Source of the DNA: a virus
DNA: 64,000 nt
Strand: one strand, 5' to 3'
IMG/VR virus record: IMGVR_UViG_3300037423_000584
The notes under the pieces were generated by a model. That model was given only the letters and a program-made list of their open reading frames with translations, ran no database searches and was not told the DNA's origin. How positions within the stretch are numbered: position 1 is the first letter of the stretch; each line of letters starts with the position of its first letter. The position numbers and the translations under genes were made by a program. Below, in pieces: positions 20,050 to 31,945 of the stretch.

Positions 20050-21255
20050 GCAACGTGCTTATGATTACTGTATCGGCAATATAGCTCTCTATGCGTCATT
20101 CTGACGCGGTACTACCAAGTAAGATTGTCACACTGTAAATTCAGGCGATGACAATAAGCTATGGTTAGTACATATATCTTATCCGTAATATAGTTCGCCC
20201 CAACCTTGTGATAGGTTGTCGATGATGCGAACAAATGCGGAGTCAACAGTAGCCAAGTACGGAATTGGCTAGGGTTGTCTTGGTATACTTGTAGGTGTCC
20301 AATGATCCTGAAAGGGTGAATTGGGCGTCGAAACTATATCAGGCTTCTACAGTGACTCTGGTGCCTTGGGTTAGCTCTATCGCGTCCCCTATGCTGTTGG
20401 TCAATAGACTGGCGTATAGGTTCGGTGTGGTATCTAATCTGAGAGCATCCCCTCTTTAGACGTAGAGGGTCAAAGACCGAAGGCAAGGCAAAGCACTACG
20501 TGGACACGTAGATGGTTAGGGATTGATACCTAATGGGTTTCCCTATCCTACCTACCTAATACCACAGTGACTAAGCGGTGCATACCGCATATCCAAACAG
20601 GATAGCAACTGTTAGGGATATGGACTGGAACACTGACGAAGGGGTACATATCTACCATTGAAGGCCAGACGGTTATCGAAGCCGAATGTAGATTCCCCGC
20701 TGATACGAAAGAAACTCTATCGAAGGTGCAAAGGCGAAGTCATCTTAGATGACGAAGTAGCCGATGAGGTCGATAGTGACGAGTAGTTGAATGTGAAATG
20801 AATGGCCTAATTAACATAACCCGAACCCAGGATATCCAAGTAAGAACGGTTGGACAGCTATCACATCGAAAGTCAAGCGATGATGCTGCATCACTTCCTA
20901 GTATGAAAACGGATAGCGTCTTTCCTATAATGACGTAAATGGCTGGGATAACTAAACTTATAGACGATTGTAGGTTGTCGTATAACCTACAGTTTGTAGT
21001 GTAACCATTTCAAAACTTGTCTCATGTAATAGTCCCAAACACAATGCAGTCAGAGCAAAGCTCATTCTGAATCCATTGATTATGCGTGGGTTTCGCTATG
21101 GAGTCCTTTGGACTCAGATTGCAACTCTGTCGTCAAACGACATGGACTAACACAGATTAGGTTTCGAAAGAAACTGATACCTCTCGGTATCGTTTTGGAT
21201 GGAAGCACGAACAACACATGCGGGGATCGGTTCGTGAATAACTGACCGATTCCCT
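20050..21255 (+). ncRNA. Candidate large structured ncRNA B
   Basis: About 1.2 kb with no ORF of 60 aa or more in any frame, dense hairpins, ends in a hairpin plus U-tract just before a tRNA. Confidence 0.55.
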
Positions 21256-21293
21256 TTTTTCGTTTCCAAATCCAGGTTCTAACTAAAAAGGTA

Positions 21294-21366
21294 GGGCATA
21301 TAGCTCAACGGTTAGAGCAGAGCACTCATAATGCTTTGGTTCTAGGTTCGAATCCTAGTATGCCCA
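21294..21366 (+). tRNA. tRNA-CAU (Ile2 or elongator Met)
   Basis: GGGCATA/TATGCCC acceptor, CTCATAA loop, GGTTCGAATCC T-arm. Confidence 0.9.
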
Positions 21367-21539
21367 TTGGTCATCTAACAAAGGTAGGTTAGCTATGGTC
21401 AAGTTTGATCGAACGTTCTTGTTCTTGGTTTCGTTCCTCATGCTTGCATGGGGATTGGCAGCGGTCGCGTCCAGGCATTAATTGCGGCGGCTGCTCGGAA
21501 GGATGGTAAGGAAACCCATTTTTACTAAGGTAGGTAAAT

Positions 21540-21815
21540 ATGCGTCGTTCTCTTCGTTCACTCATGGATGGATCGGCCGTAGGTGGCGTTTGTCATTCGG
21601 TTGAAACTCCTAATCCGCGTAGGGTTGGATTTTATCCCAACGTGGAAGGATTTGAATGGATTCATGATAATTTCGTGAATACCGATCAAATCGTTGAACA
21701 GCAAATCAAGCTGGGATATCATCCGGCCGGTTATGGCGGTCCTTATGATATCAAGCAGGAGCAGAGGGGTGATAAGGTTATTATCACTTGGAAATGCTCT
21801 GATAATTGTGATTAA
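21540..21815 (+). CDS. Hypothetical protein
   Basis: AAGGTAGGT leader. Confidence 0.6.
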   Translation: MRRSLRSLMDGSAVGGVCHSVETPNPRRVGFYPNVEGFEWIHDNFVNTDQIVEQQIKLGYHPAGYGGPYDIKQEQRGDKVIITWKCSDNCD

Positions 21816-22140
21816 AAATCACTCACAACCTCTGTATCGAAAGATACTTAGGTTGTTTCTACCTACCTTGAGAATCCATACATTGAATAGATGTGTGGGT
21901 TCTTTGCTCAGCCAGATGGCAGATAATATTAATAAGTCTGGCTAAAGTCCCATCGATGAATAACTGATGGGATTTTTTATTGATAAGTACAGGGTCGCCT
22001 CATAGTAAGCCAATTTCCCCTAGTCAGAGCATATAGGGCTTGCAAGGCTTAAGAATGGGATAACCATCACCCTGTTACATTTAATAACAAATCGCGGTCG
22101 TTGCCGCGAAACATGGATACCATCAAAGGTAGGTATTATC

Positions 22141-22647
22141 ATGGAAAAGCTTCGTCGTCTAATTCTTGACGGTATGAAGAACGTTGACGGTTATATTACC
22201 GTTACTGCTTTAGCTGAGGGTATTAAAAAAATATCATCATTTACTGTTGATGAAGTGAAAACCGAAATCAACCGTATGGTTCTTGATGGGATTTTGGATA
22301 CCTTTTATGCCCGATCCGAAGCGGATTTGGCTATTAGACAGCTTAGTAAGAATAAGCAAAAGGTCTATATTCGAGATTATCTTGTGTCTCGAAATGGTGC
22401 GGTTTATATCTCTAATATTCCTCCCAATCATACTTCTGAACAGTTCAAAAATAGGAAGTATCTTTGGAAGAATAACACTTGGCACGATACGTGCTGTACA
22501 AGGGATCTGATGGATTCGGATAGCAAAAACTATACCGATTATCCGGGGATATGGACTTCCTTGGATGAGGCAATTAAGTTTGCTAAGTCTAAAGGTTACG
22601 ATCCTGTCGATCTAACTGATTCTATAATTCAGTCTCAGGTTATCTAA
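22141..22647 (+). CDS. Hypothetical protein (possible N-terminal winged helix)
   Basis: AAAGGTAGGT leader; 168 aa. Confidence 0.6.
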   Translation: MEKLRRLILDGMKNVDGYITVTALAEGIKKISSFTVDEVKTEINRMVLDGILDTFYARSEADLAIRQLSKNKQKVYIRDYLVSRNGAVYISNIPPNHTSEQFKNRKYLWKNNTWHDTCCTRDLMDSDSKNYTDYPGIWTSLDEAIKFAKSKGYDPVDLTDSIIQSQVI

Positions 22648-22678
22648 GGCAATAATTCTTCTAAAGGTAGATACTATT

Positions 22679-22933
22679 ATGAATAACGTTGGCAACATTA
22701 GCGGCAAAACGATGATCACTCGTCATGCTGCTAATATCGTCAGTGAGACGAATCGTACTATGTCCGATAAGCCGGTGGCAGCTATGCAGAACCTTTGCAG
22801 GTTGCAGGGATATGTTACTGGCATGATCGAATCCTTGAAAATCAATGACAAGGAATGGATCGATGCCATGATGCATGGCTTGGATTCGGAGATTTTGAAA
22901 TATTCCAGGCAGATCACTATTCAGCATCCATAG
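22679..22933 (+). CDS. Hypothetical protein
   Basis: AAAGGTAG leader. Confidence 0.55.
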   Translation: MNNVGNISGKTMITRHAANIVSETNRTMSDKPVAAMQNLCRLQGYVTGMIESLKINDKEWIDAMMHGLDSEILKYSRQITIQHP

Positions 22934-23868
22934 TTTTGTATCGGCCTATGGTCCAAAACATACCAAAACCTCATTATTAGCTCAAAAACGAGGATTGGTG
23001 TTGTGTCCGCCTATGGTCAAAAACTGACCTTTCGGGTGTTTATAGGTTTAAATTATTACCATAAACATCCTTCTCATACCTACCTTGACACTCGTTATAG
23101 GGAAACCTGTAGCGGGTGTTTCTTTTGGAAACCGCGTTTTTAGCGTGAAAATGCGAGTTTTGTATTATTTGTGAATCGGTCTAGCAAAATATCACATAAA
23201 CAAACCCGAAAACTCGACAAAAAGCTCCGTTGCCTTATATCTATATGGTATAAGTATAAGAATAATAAAGATTATTGATATTGGATATAGGGATTTAATT
23301 AATAAACCCGATTATTTGTTCAAAAATAAGGGTTTTTTCATAAATTACAAGGAAATTCGCAGTATGCACCCCAATTCTATTCGCCTTAGCTATAAGTATT
23401 ATGGTAATAAGGGTAATAGTTATAAGAAAGAGTATAAGTATAAGGGGTTGTTTAGTAATATTAAGATCAAACCTTGATTTTTAGATCAAAAACGAGGTTT
23501 TAGTATGAATCGTGACAATGTACCATCGTCCACGCTTGTAGTAATAGGTATAGTTTCTATGCTTATTATTATGAGTGTGGGATTAGGTATAATTATATGG
23601 TTTATATGGCCTTAAACGGCCGTATAGGCTTTGATCACATGTCTAGTGTAATAGTACATTAAAACCTAATTCTAGGTGAATTGGGAATGTATTGTTAGAT
23701 AGGTATACCAAACAAAGGTAGGTATAGTATGCCGTTTGAATACAATAGCGATTATAAGATCGATTGGAACAACGAAGAAGATATGGATTGGTTGATGAAC
23801 CATATCGATTCGTATCTCAGTCGATAGTTATTTGATCTTGGGACTCTGATTTAAAAGGTAGGTGATCA

Positions 23869-24090
23869 ATGAAAGTTAATGTGGTTTTAAAGAATGCAGA
23901 CTTTACAGAATGTAGAGGTCCGATGCTTTTCCATAAAGTCTTTGTCGATCTAGACAAAGCTGTGGAATATGTAAAAGGACAAAGTGGGATATTTGGGGGT
24001 CAGCAGTACGATAAACCTTCTTCGTTTTCTTCCAAAAACAGATTAAGTTTTAATGGTTTTGATATCCTTACCGATATCGAACTTGAATAG
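23869..24090 (+). CDS. Hypothetical protein
   Basis: AAAAGGTAGGT leader. Confidence 0.6.
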   Translation: MKVNVVLKNADFTECRGPMLFHKVFVDLDKAVEYVKGQSGIFGGQQYDKPSSFSSKNRLSFNGFDILTDIELE

Positions 24091-24506
24091 GGCAGAATCG
24101 TATGAAACAGAACACTCTCTTTAAGACTCATAAGTTGTTTCAAACAACAGAAAAAGATGGTTTGTGGGGAGGAAAGATCACAATCTATCGTTGCTCTTGT
24201 TGCGGAAAACGATGGAGTGGTATTGGTAAAAAGCCTTCTGCTGGTGAAAGATGCAGAGGGAAGAATTGATATATAGTCCAAATTGCTAAGTGTTTGGCTA
24301 GGACCCTGATACTGAATAAGTATTAGGGTCTTTTTGTAATAATAATCCTGAAACGGCAGGATGGGTTATCAAGTAAAAAAGAGATATAGCCGTCAACTTA
24401 TCTCTTCTCTGATAAGACGGACCAGCGATGGTACACTGGTTATTATTACATTGAAATTCTAATATCGAAAGATGTTAGAGTTTCTTTATTTTAAAGGTAG
24501 GTTAAA

Positions 24507-24917
24507 ATGCGATTCTCTGAATGGTCAGATGGATCGATGCCCGTGTTTCTTAATCCAACCCATGACGAAATTGTGGAATTGGTTAAGTCTCATCCTGATA
24601 CGCTTCGTATCTGTGAAGATGACAATAATATAGCTGTTGCTAGTGGCTATGGTAATACACATACAAGTGTTATTAAAGTCATCAGAAAGAATGCTATAAA
24701 GGATTTCTTTCCATTGGACTTGATTCTCTTTAGAGAAACTGGCCGATGGTTATGGAATCCGTTGGGTCATTGGGATAGGGTACTAACAGAACGAGTAGGA
24801 TTTGAATCTGGGTTGCGGTTTTTGTCTGATAAGACAAAGGAGTTTGTTTTAGAGTTTGTTAGGATTGCAGAGGATCAATATAGGACAACAGAGTCTAATA
24901 TTATAGACTTTGAATAA
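24507..24917 (+). CDS. Hypothetical protein
   Basis: AAAGGTAGGT leader; 136 aa. Confidence 0.6.
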   Translation: MRFSEWSDGSMPVFLNPTHDEIVELVKSHPDTLRICEDDNNIAVASGYGNTHTSVIKVIRKNAIKDFFPLDLILFRETGRWLWNPLGHWDRVLTERVGFESGLRFLSDKTKEFVLEFVRIAEDQYRTTESNIIDFE

Positions 24918-25189
24918 AATTTAAGTGGGCTAGGGCATGAAGATTGCGAATTGTCAGTTTAATGAAGATAAACTGATTGTTGTTGTTAATGAAGAATCAG
25001 AATATCTATTCAAACATCCATCTATTAGAGATTTTGGAAGACATTTCTCTAGTAATGGTAAAGAACTTAAACCCACGAATTATTGGGTTTATAAATATGA
25101 TAGATATGATAGAGATTTAAAACTTGACGAAATCATTCTTCATCTGAACGAATTAGGATATACGGTTTTGTTTTAAAAGGTAGGCAAAT

Positions 25190-25384
25190 ATGCAACAAGA
25201 AAACTTGGAAGATTTGCCAAAACGTCAGCGTGTGAGTGCTGAGAATCACCACGCTTGTCGTCCATTGTGTCCATGTTGTGGAGGTGGCGATAATCGTAAA
25301 GGTTATAAACATACGAAGGCAACAAGCAGATATCATAGTGCAAAGTCCCGTAGATCGAAACCAAAGAAGAAGGATCATCAGTAA
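25190..25384 (+). CDS. Small basic Cys-containing protein
   Basis: AAAAGGTAGG leader; C..LCPCC and a K/R-rich tail. Confidence 0.55.
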   Translation: MQQENLEDLPKRQRVSAENHHACRPLCPCCGGGDNRKGYKHTKATSRYHSAKSRRSKPKKKDHQ

Positions 25385-25390
25385 TAAGCA

Positions 25391-25465
25391 GGGCACATAG
25401 CTCAACTATGGTAGAGCAGCCGTCTCCAAAGCGGCAGGTTTTTGGTTCGAATCCAAATGTGCTCG
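25391..25465 (+). tRNA. tRNA-Trp(CCA)
   Basis: GGGCACA/TGTGCTC acceptor, GCCGT-CTCCAAA-GCGGC anticodon arm, G73. Confidence 0.9.
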
Positions 25466-25492
25466 TTATATTAATAGAAAGGTAGGAAGTGT

Positions 25493-27616
25493 ATGAATTT
25501 GATTCAGGGTTGTAATTATCAAGTTAAGAAAGATCATCGTTTTCATCCGGGTCGATTTGGTCAGTTTCAATTTCTTGGTGGGCCTAATCGAGAAGCAATT
25601 GTTATGTCTGATTTGCAAGATTCAAAAAGTATCTTTGCAGTAGGATTGAATGACCTTGTTGATTTTGATCCTGCCAAAGATGATGTATTTGAAAATGCTG
25701 TACCGGGAAGAATGTTAGAATTAAGCTAAGATCAGCATCTTTGATTGTCCCCTTCGTAGAACTTCAAGATTGAATAAGTCTTGGGTTCTTTTGTAGATAG
25801 GTTAGGTGACATCAGAGTCTTATAAAATGCCGAAAGGTATAGCCTATCTACTTAATTTAAAAATAAAGGTAGACAACATGAAAGCTAAATATATTATTTT
25901 GGAACGATCTGGTATCGAAATGCCAATTTTGTTTCCAGAATTTATTGAACACATAGATGCTGTACTAATTGGTGGTAAAGTTATATCTGCTGGATTTTTT
26001 GAAGTTATTCTTCGCGAACATTCAAGAATGGAAGTGAGAGCCTACGGAGAAAGCATTAGCCTTAAAGTAAAGGCTAGATTCGAAGATGCTGATTTGATCG
26101 AGAAAATGATCTGTAATTATGAGAATTAAGGTAGGTTTGTATGCAAACCAAATCAATTGTTCGTGAAAACGCAGAAAAAGATCCGAATTATGCACCGTAT
26201 TGTATGCCTTGTCCTCGTTTGGTTCGAATGAAGAAAATCGAACCATTCTTTTGGAAGTGCGATAAGTGCGGTGCCGAATGCGACGAACGAGAGATTAAGC
26301 AAGAAGATATTGATAAGCTTGATGAGCTTCAATCGAAAGAGAATGATGGTCGTGGTATTTCTTGTGTAAAAACCATCCTTTTCTTTCTTAGACATAATAA
26401 AATTGATGAAGCTAGGGCTTGCAGGCAAAACGAAGGCGACAAGATTAATTCTTATCCATTGGTCGAATTACAAATCAACAAGATGTTTGGTTGCAGAACG
26501 CATTTAAGGAAGATGTGTAATCATTGGCTTTGCGTTAGTCTTCTAAATGGGACCAAGGCAAAAACAGTTGTTGCCCCGCATCATGGATAACCATGATTAC
26601 GCATGTTGCTATACTTGATATAAATAAGAAAATTTGGTCATTACCTAGACCCAACCGTCATCATAATGTAATTCATATGATTAATGAACAATCTGGTAGA
26701 GATATTGCCAGAGGTTTATTAAAAGATCATGTGCAAGGATTTATGAATGACTCTGGTCAATTTTTAACACGAAAAGAAGCATTTTATGAAGCGTTAAGAT
26801 GTGATCAATTGTTACCACCTTATAATCCAATTAATCCATCTGAAAGACATGGTGAGATTAATAAAAATCCTAGAGAATTATTCTCAGAGGATTTGTGGTA
26901 GATTTTGCCCCTTGAGTTCCAGGCAGGAATCCAATAGTAAACAACTGTTGGATTCTTTTAAAGGTAGGTGAAATATGGAAGATCCGGTTTTAGAAGCTAT
27001 ATCGCTTCTAATGGAAAGTTTCTTGCCTCAAATGTCTGGTTCTGAGACAGTTAGACATAGAATTTGTGATGAATTTGTTCAGTTCCAAGTTGATAGAGAT
27101 ATCTTTATCGATTGGATGAAAGTTCATCCTGAATTTAAGATGCTTAAGGAGATCAAAGCACTAGTTCTTCTTAAGAACAATAAGAACAGAATGATTAAAC
27201 AGTTTTCTGTTGATTCATTTATTACTTCTTATCTTACTAAACCTAATCGTCATAAAGATTCATTGGTTCGTGAAGCTGGACGAAAGTTTGGTTTGACATA
27301 GACGATCAATAAGATCGTCATTGATCTTATATGATCTTTCTTTCTTAAAAGGAGAAAGGTCATGGACAAAGAGACTCAAAGAAAAATAGATCATCTGTTT
27401 CAAAAACAGATAATGAAAAATATTCCAGAAATTGTGTTAATGGCACAACTGGTTATTTTTAGTCAAGAGAATAGAGATACAGAAGCAATAAAGAAAGAGA
27501 TCCAGCACAGACGACGGTTAAATAAATGGCTTGATGAATATGGTACATGGCACAAGGGACAAGCTCCATATGGTGCCGATGCTATACTTGAACAAATAAA
27601 TAAAATGAAATCGTAA
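25493..27616 (+). other. Cluster of six small hypothetical CDS (25493, ~25878, 26141, 26593, 26975, 27362)
   Basis: Tandem ORFs, most with AAGGTAGG leaders; 26593 carries an RHH..QGF..G.FL.R.EA..LFSEDLW motif seen in phage proteins. Confidence 0.6.
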
Positions 27617-27694
27617 TCAATTACAAATTATTTTATGTATTGATGAGTTCGCTTCCGTATACTGATGAGTTCGCTTGACAAAGGTAGGTAGATT

Positions 27695-28204
27695 ATGCGG
27701 AATTTGGCTAAACCGTTTCGTCCGGTTCGTTTGATTAATGATAAACCTTATGAATTGGATACCATGCGTATGGGTCCGAAGGGTCAATCGGTTAACACAA
27801 CTGGTTGTTTCGGTGTTCAATCCACATACGGGGTTCGTGGATTAAGTATTGTTAATCGGAAAATAGCTCCGGGCAAACACAAAGGTGCGGTTAAGAAAAA
27901 AAATGGTTCTAGGCTTATTTCTGCAAGAACTATTCTTAACTTTGATCGAACATCTTTGCCGAAATTGTTAAATATTCGGAACGATCTTGTTTTCCTTAAG
28001 GCTCTTAATGGTCTTTCGGAAGATATGGATCAGGTTTTGAATGATTTAACTGATTATATGTTGGCAAGTTATGGTTCATCGATTAAGAAGTTCGACGAAC
28101 AACGTATTCGTACTGCCAAGGGGATGATTGGCAAAATTCAAGTTAAACCCATGAATGATCTTAAAGAGAAGATCAATCGGGCTTTGGCTATCATGGGTGG
28201 ATGA
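27695..28204 (+). CDS. Basic protein, paralog of 40674-41309
   Basis: Shared NTTG.FGV.ST.GV..LSIV.RK.APGK...KKKNGS.LIS block. Confidence 0.7.
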   Translation: MRNLAKPFRPVRLINDKPYELDTMRMGPKGQSVNTTGCFGVQSTYGVRGLSIVNRKIAPGKHKGAVKKKNGSRLISARTILNFDRTSLPKLLNIRNDLVFLKALNGLSEDMDQVLNDLTDYMLASYGSSIKKFDEQRIRTAKGMIGKIQVKPMNDLKEKINRALAIMGG

Positions 28205-28580
28205 TGAACACTTTGGATAAAATAAAACTTATTCCTAAAAATAAGTGGATGAAAGACAGAATACAACGACATGGAGATGTTGTTATATTCAAAAAAGAAG
28301 GTTTGTTTAAAGGTAAAAAAGCTTTACTTGTAGAATCACTTAATAATACTTCTATTGTCAATACCAAGTGGTTGGCTTGGATTGTTTTAGAAGAAGACGC
28401 ATCTATTGTTGTAATAAAATAGATTTCCTACCTTGAGAATCCTGTAACTGAATAAGTTGCAGGATTTCTTTGTATACATACGAGGCCGCGGTGGCTCGGG
28501 GAGACGTTCCCTAGTTCCGTTCGATTCGGGTACTTGGTAGAGATAGCATTCGACAGCTATCCCGTATGTATACTTAATAT

Positions 28581-28690
28581 ATGGCGTTGGGTAGGCCGGC
28601 GTCGATAACCGGCTAAATCTTCGGATGACCTTGGCAGGACTACCCTCGGAAAAGGCTCATTACCATCCGGGTTCGAATCCCGAACGCCAT
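28581..28690 (+). ncRNA. tRNA-like RNA with 8/4 acceptor/T module and non-tRNA multibranch interior
   Basis: ATGGCGTT/AACGCCAT, CGGG-TTCGAAT-CCCG; interior closed by GGGTAG/CTACCC with three hairpins. Confidence 0.65.
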
Positions 28691-29137
28691 TTTCTCTCGG
28701 TAAGGTATAGCAAAGTAGTTATACCTTATTATCCTGTTGTTTTATATAGGGGAAGTTAGCTTATGTTTGGGGATCATTTGTCTTTGGCCAATCTTTGGGT
28801 AAAGATGGCAAAGTTGCATGAGCTAATGGGACAAGATGCAGCATCTAGATTAGCAATTAGAAATGCTTCTTATCACATTGAAGAAGCAGCAAAACTTCAA
28901 CATCAAACTGTTCGATTTAATAGGGAAGGCGGTGATGTCATATGCTCTAGTACAAAAATAGCTTGTGCATAAGTCGGACCCCCATTCTTATGCACTAATA
29001 GCTGATTAGGGGTACAAATTTGGAGGATATATGCAAGCTTAGCTTGTACTACTTAATAAACAATAAAATAAATTAAATATCACACGCGGATTCCGATGCT
29101 TCAAATACCTCATTCTGAATAAGAGTGGGGTATTTTT

Positions 29138-30518
29138 ATGGAACCTATCGAAGAAGCAAAAGAGCTTCTAAGAACAATATACTATTATGCCACTAGAGAT
29201 TCTAATATTCTTTGGTGGCATTCATTGAATAGCGAGACAGCACTAGAACTACTTAATAATGGATCTTTGATTGATATCTATGATTTTTTGACAGATATCA
29301 AAGATTGGGCCACTAGTGAAGGTGATGATGTTGGTCCCGATTGGTGGCAACAAAATAATTTAACGAAACGAATTTTATCTATTGACCTTTCATAAAGGTA
29401 GGTAATCATGAGCAAAGAACAACTGCTCGAAACAGTTGGAAGTTTTACTTGGAGCTTTCATGATAAGTTCCTTGTCGAGATTCCAAATGTTGGCAATTTT
29501 GTTTGGAGCGATCCAGATTATCGTGGGGATAATTCCTTTAAACGATATGATGGAAATTACAAACAGTGGTGCAAAGAAGAAGGAATTCCTTTCGGTCGCG
29601 ATAAAGGAAAACATAAGATTCGAAATTATTGCGGATCTGAAATCAAGATTGTCGGACTGTAAATCTATTGATTTATTAAAGGTAGGTTGATATGGCATGG
29701 GTCACGTTACATGATCTTTTATCTCCAAATTTAAATCTTTATGGCATCGTTCCACTAGATGCTACTATAACTTTAATCAGTGGTTCTGATGATGAATCAT
29801 CATTCTTTCGTTATGAATATAAAAAGAATGATTATATAGAAGAAATGATTCGTCTCGATAAGACAAAAATGTCGATTCGCGATTTTATCGACAAATTTGC
29901 CATTCTTGCAAAATCAACTGAATGGGGTGTTTCTAAAAATGGATCTTTAATCCATCATTCTGATGGTTTATATCGTGTAAAGGATGGCAAACTAGTTTCA
30001 TTTGAAGTAAATGGCGGTCAAATAGTTTTTCTTACATACTGTCAATTAGATTTGACAGAATGGTTGAAAGAACAACCGGACGATATTCTTGCTCAATTCA
30101 TGAAGCATTCGTTTGGATGGCGAAGAGAATACAAAGAGTTGGCAAATAATCTGTGTAATAAACTTGCAAGGCAAATCAACCTTTTGCAAGGCAGATATGA
30201 ATAAGGTGCCTTATGCAACCTAAAGTAAGGCGTCATCGTCGCATCTATGGTCGGATAAGTCTTAGCGATCCTTGGAATAAACTATGTTGGGATTTGCTTG
30301 ACGAGGGTCGTAGTTATGCTTATATAAGTCAAAAGACTTATCTGACATACTATCAGATTACTTATCGAGTAAAGAAATGGAATAAGAAAGTTTCTTATTA
30401 TAGAAATGGAACAGGGCAATCTAAAGCAGCTAGTAGAAGAATGAAACGATTAATTCTTCTCGAAGAACGTATCGAGAAGATGGTTATGGGAAGCAAACGG
30501 ATTGTTGTTTCTCTTTAG
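29138..30518 (+). other. Four small hypothetical CDS (29138, 29408, 29692, 30213)
   Basis: Tandem ORFs; 29408 and 29692 have AAAGGTAGGT leaders; 30213 is basic with an HTH-like segment. Confidence 0.55.
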
Positions 30519-30798
30519 TTATCGAAGATAACAGGGATGGTGGCCATGGGGTTGTATGTTCAATTTGTAATCTTGGATATTCTCGATTGGTTCGACAATA
30601 TCCTCAACAGCGATCATTGATCGCAAGAAGGCTATATGTCCAGCAATCTTCACGGTTCTCATGACGGTTATGCTATGCGTACTGCTAATAAAGCCGTTGC
30701 TGGTGGTGTGATTCTTGTTTGGGGATTTGTCATTCTTGTGGTTGTTATGATGATAATTGGTTGGGTTATCAATCTGTTTAATTAATCTGGGAGGATTA

Positions 30799-30966
30799 AT
30801 GTCACCGTTTTTGGGGTTGGCTATTGTTTTCTTTATTGTCGCCATTGCTTGTTATGTCGCAGGAGCTAACACTTCTGGAATGCTAGAAAGAATTGGACGA
30901 ATTATGTTATTCGTCTTTCTGACATTGGCAATCATTTTCCTAATTATTGGATTCATGCGTCAATAG
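30799..30966 (+). CDS. DUF1328-like small membrane protein
   Basis: GGAGG RBS; two hydrophobic helices, LAIVFFIVAI...IGRIMLFVFL. Confidence 0.55.
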   Translation: MSPFLGLAIVFFIVAIACYVAGANTSGMLERIGRIMLFVFLTLAIIFLIIGFMRQ

Positions 30967-31798
30967 CAACTCCGCAGGACGGTTAATATTGGACGTAACC
31001 AGTTAGTGGATTGTAATATCCTCTAAGGGAGTCACAATCGGCAAGTGACCGAAAGTGGTAACTCTAATAGCTAGATTTGTCCTATCGTAACAGATGGGCA
31101 AATCTTTGTGTCTAAATCGAATGCAACCACGTGTGTTTAGGGCACCTTGGTTGAGACTGTGTGTTAGGCGTAATACAGCCACCACTTTCTTAGCCCTGAT
31201 TTAGATACCTTTTGAATCATTCATCGACGGATGAATGATTCTTTTGTTTTGTTGCTGACCAGAAATGGTGGATATATAATTGAATGTTGGCCAATTCCCT
31301 TGTGGTGGTAACTCCTAGGCCATGACATAGTTATATATTATACGAGCAGTAACAAAACTCGAAATTTACTTATAGAAATATAGGTAAATTTCTTATGAAT
31401 AATAAGCCATTTGGACATACTAGTAGATATGGAACCATTGTAACATCTGATAGATGTGATTTTGCTAATGGAATTACGATTATAAAAGATCATAATTTAT
31501 CAGAAGATAGATATATTTCTGATATAGCCGAGGCATTTGGATTTCATGCTGCAAATATCCTTCCTAATCTAAATGGTTTTCAAGGATATGATTGTTTGAA
31601 GTTCAATTTCATCTAATGTTATTTATCAATCAAACGACTAAAGGTATATTAATCGCAACGGTTATTATAACTATTGCAATTTTTTTATTCTCTGGGGCGG
31701 TATTTGAGCCGTTAGTCAATAAGAACTGGGCGATTATTTTGTCGTCTATTGGTACTTCGTTGATTTGGTATTTGATTTTAAAGTTGAAATATTGAATT

Positions 31799-31915
31799 AT
31801 GAAACAAAAAGCTTTTACTCTTACTGAATTACTTATTGTTATTAGCACTATTGTTGTTCTTGGTATTGTATTTATTCTGCTTATTTTAAAAGCAATTTCT
31901 ATAATTCATCATTGA
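31799..31915 (+). CDS. 38 aa peptide consisting of a prepilin-type N-terminal motif
   Basis: Manual translation MKQKAFTLTELLIVISTIVVLGIVFILLILKAISIIHH. Confidence 0.55.
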   Translation: MKQKAFTLTELLIVISTIVVLGIVFILLILKAISIIHH

Positions 31916-31945
31916 TATAAGTTGTTGTAATTAGTAGATTTAATA

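Noticed and set aside
17155-20053. ORFs 17155, 17265, 17350, 17514, 18170, 19207, 19257 and 19862
   Set aside because: They arise from locally high GC or are antisense to 19252; no RBS or protein-like features.
20050-21255. Group I/II intron, RNase P RNA or tmRNA
   Set aside because: No domain V hairpin, P7 core, GAGGAAAGUCC motif or tmRNA termini recognised, and no interrupted host gene.
27655-27690. Hammerhead ribozyme suggested by CTGATGAG
   Set aside because: No GAAA after stem II and no convincing stems I/III.
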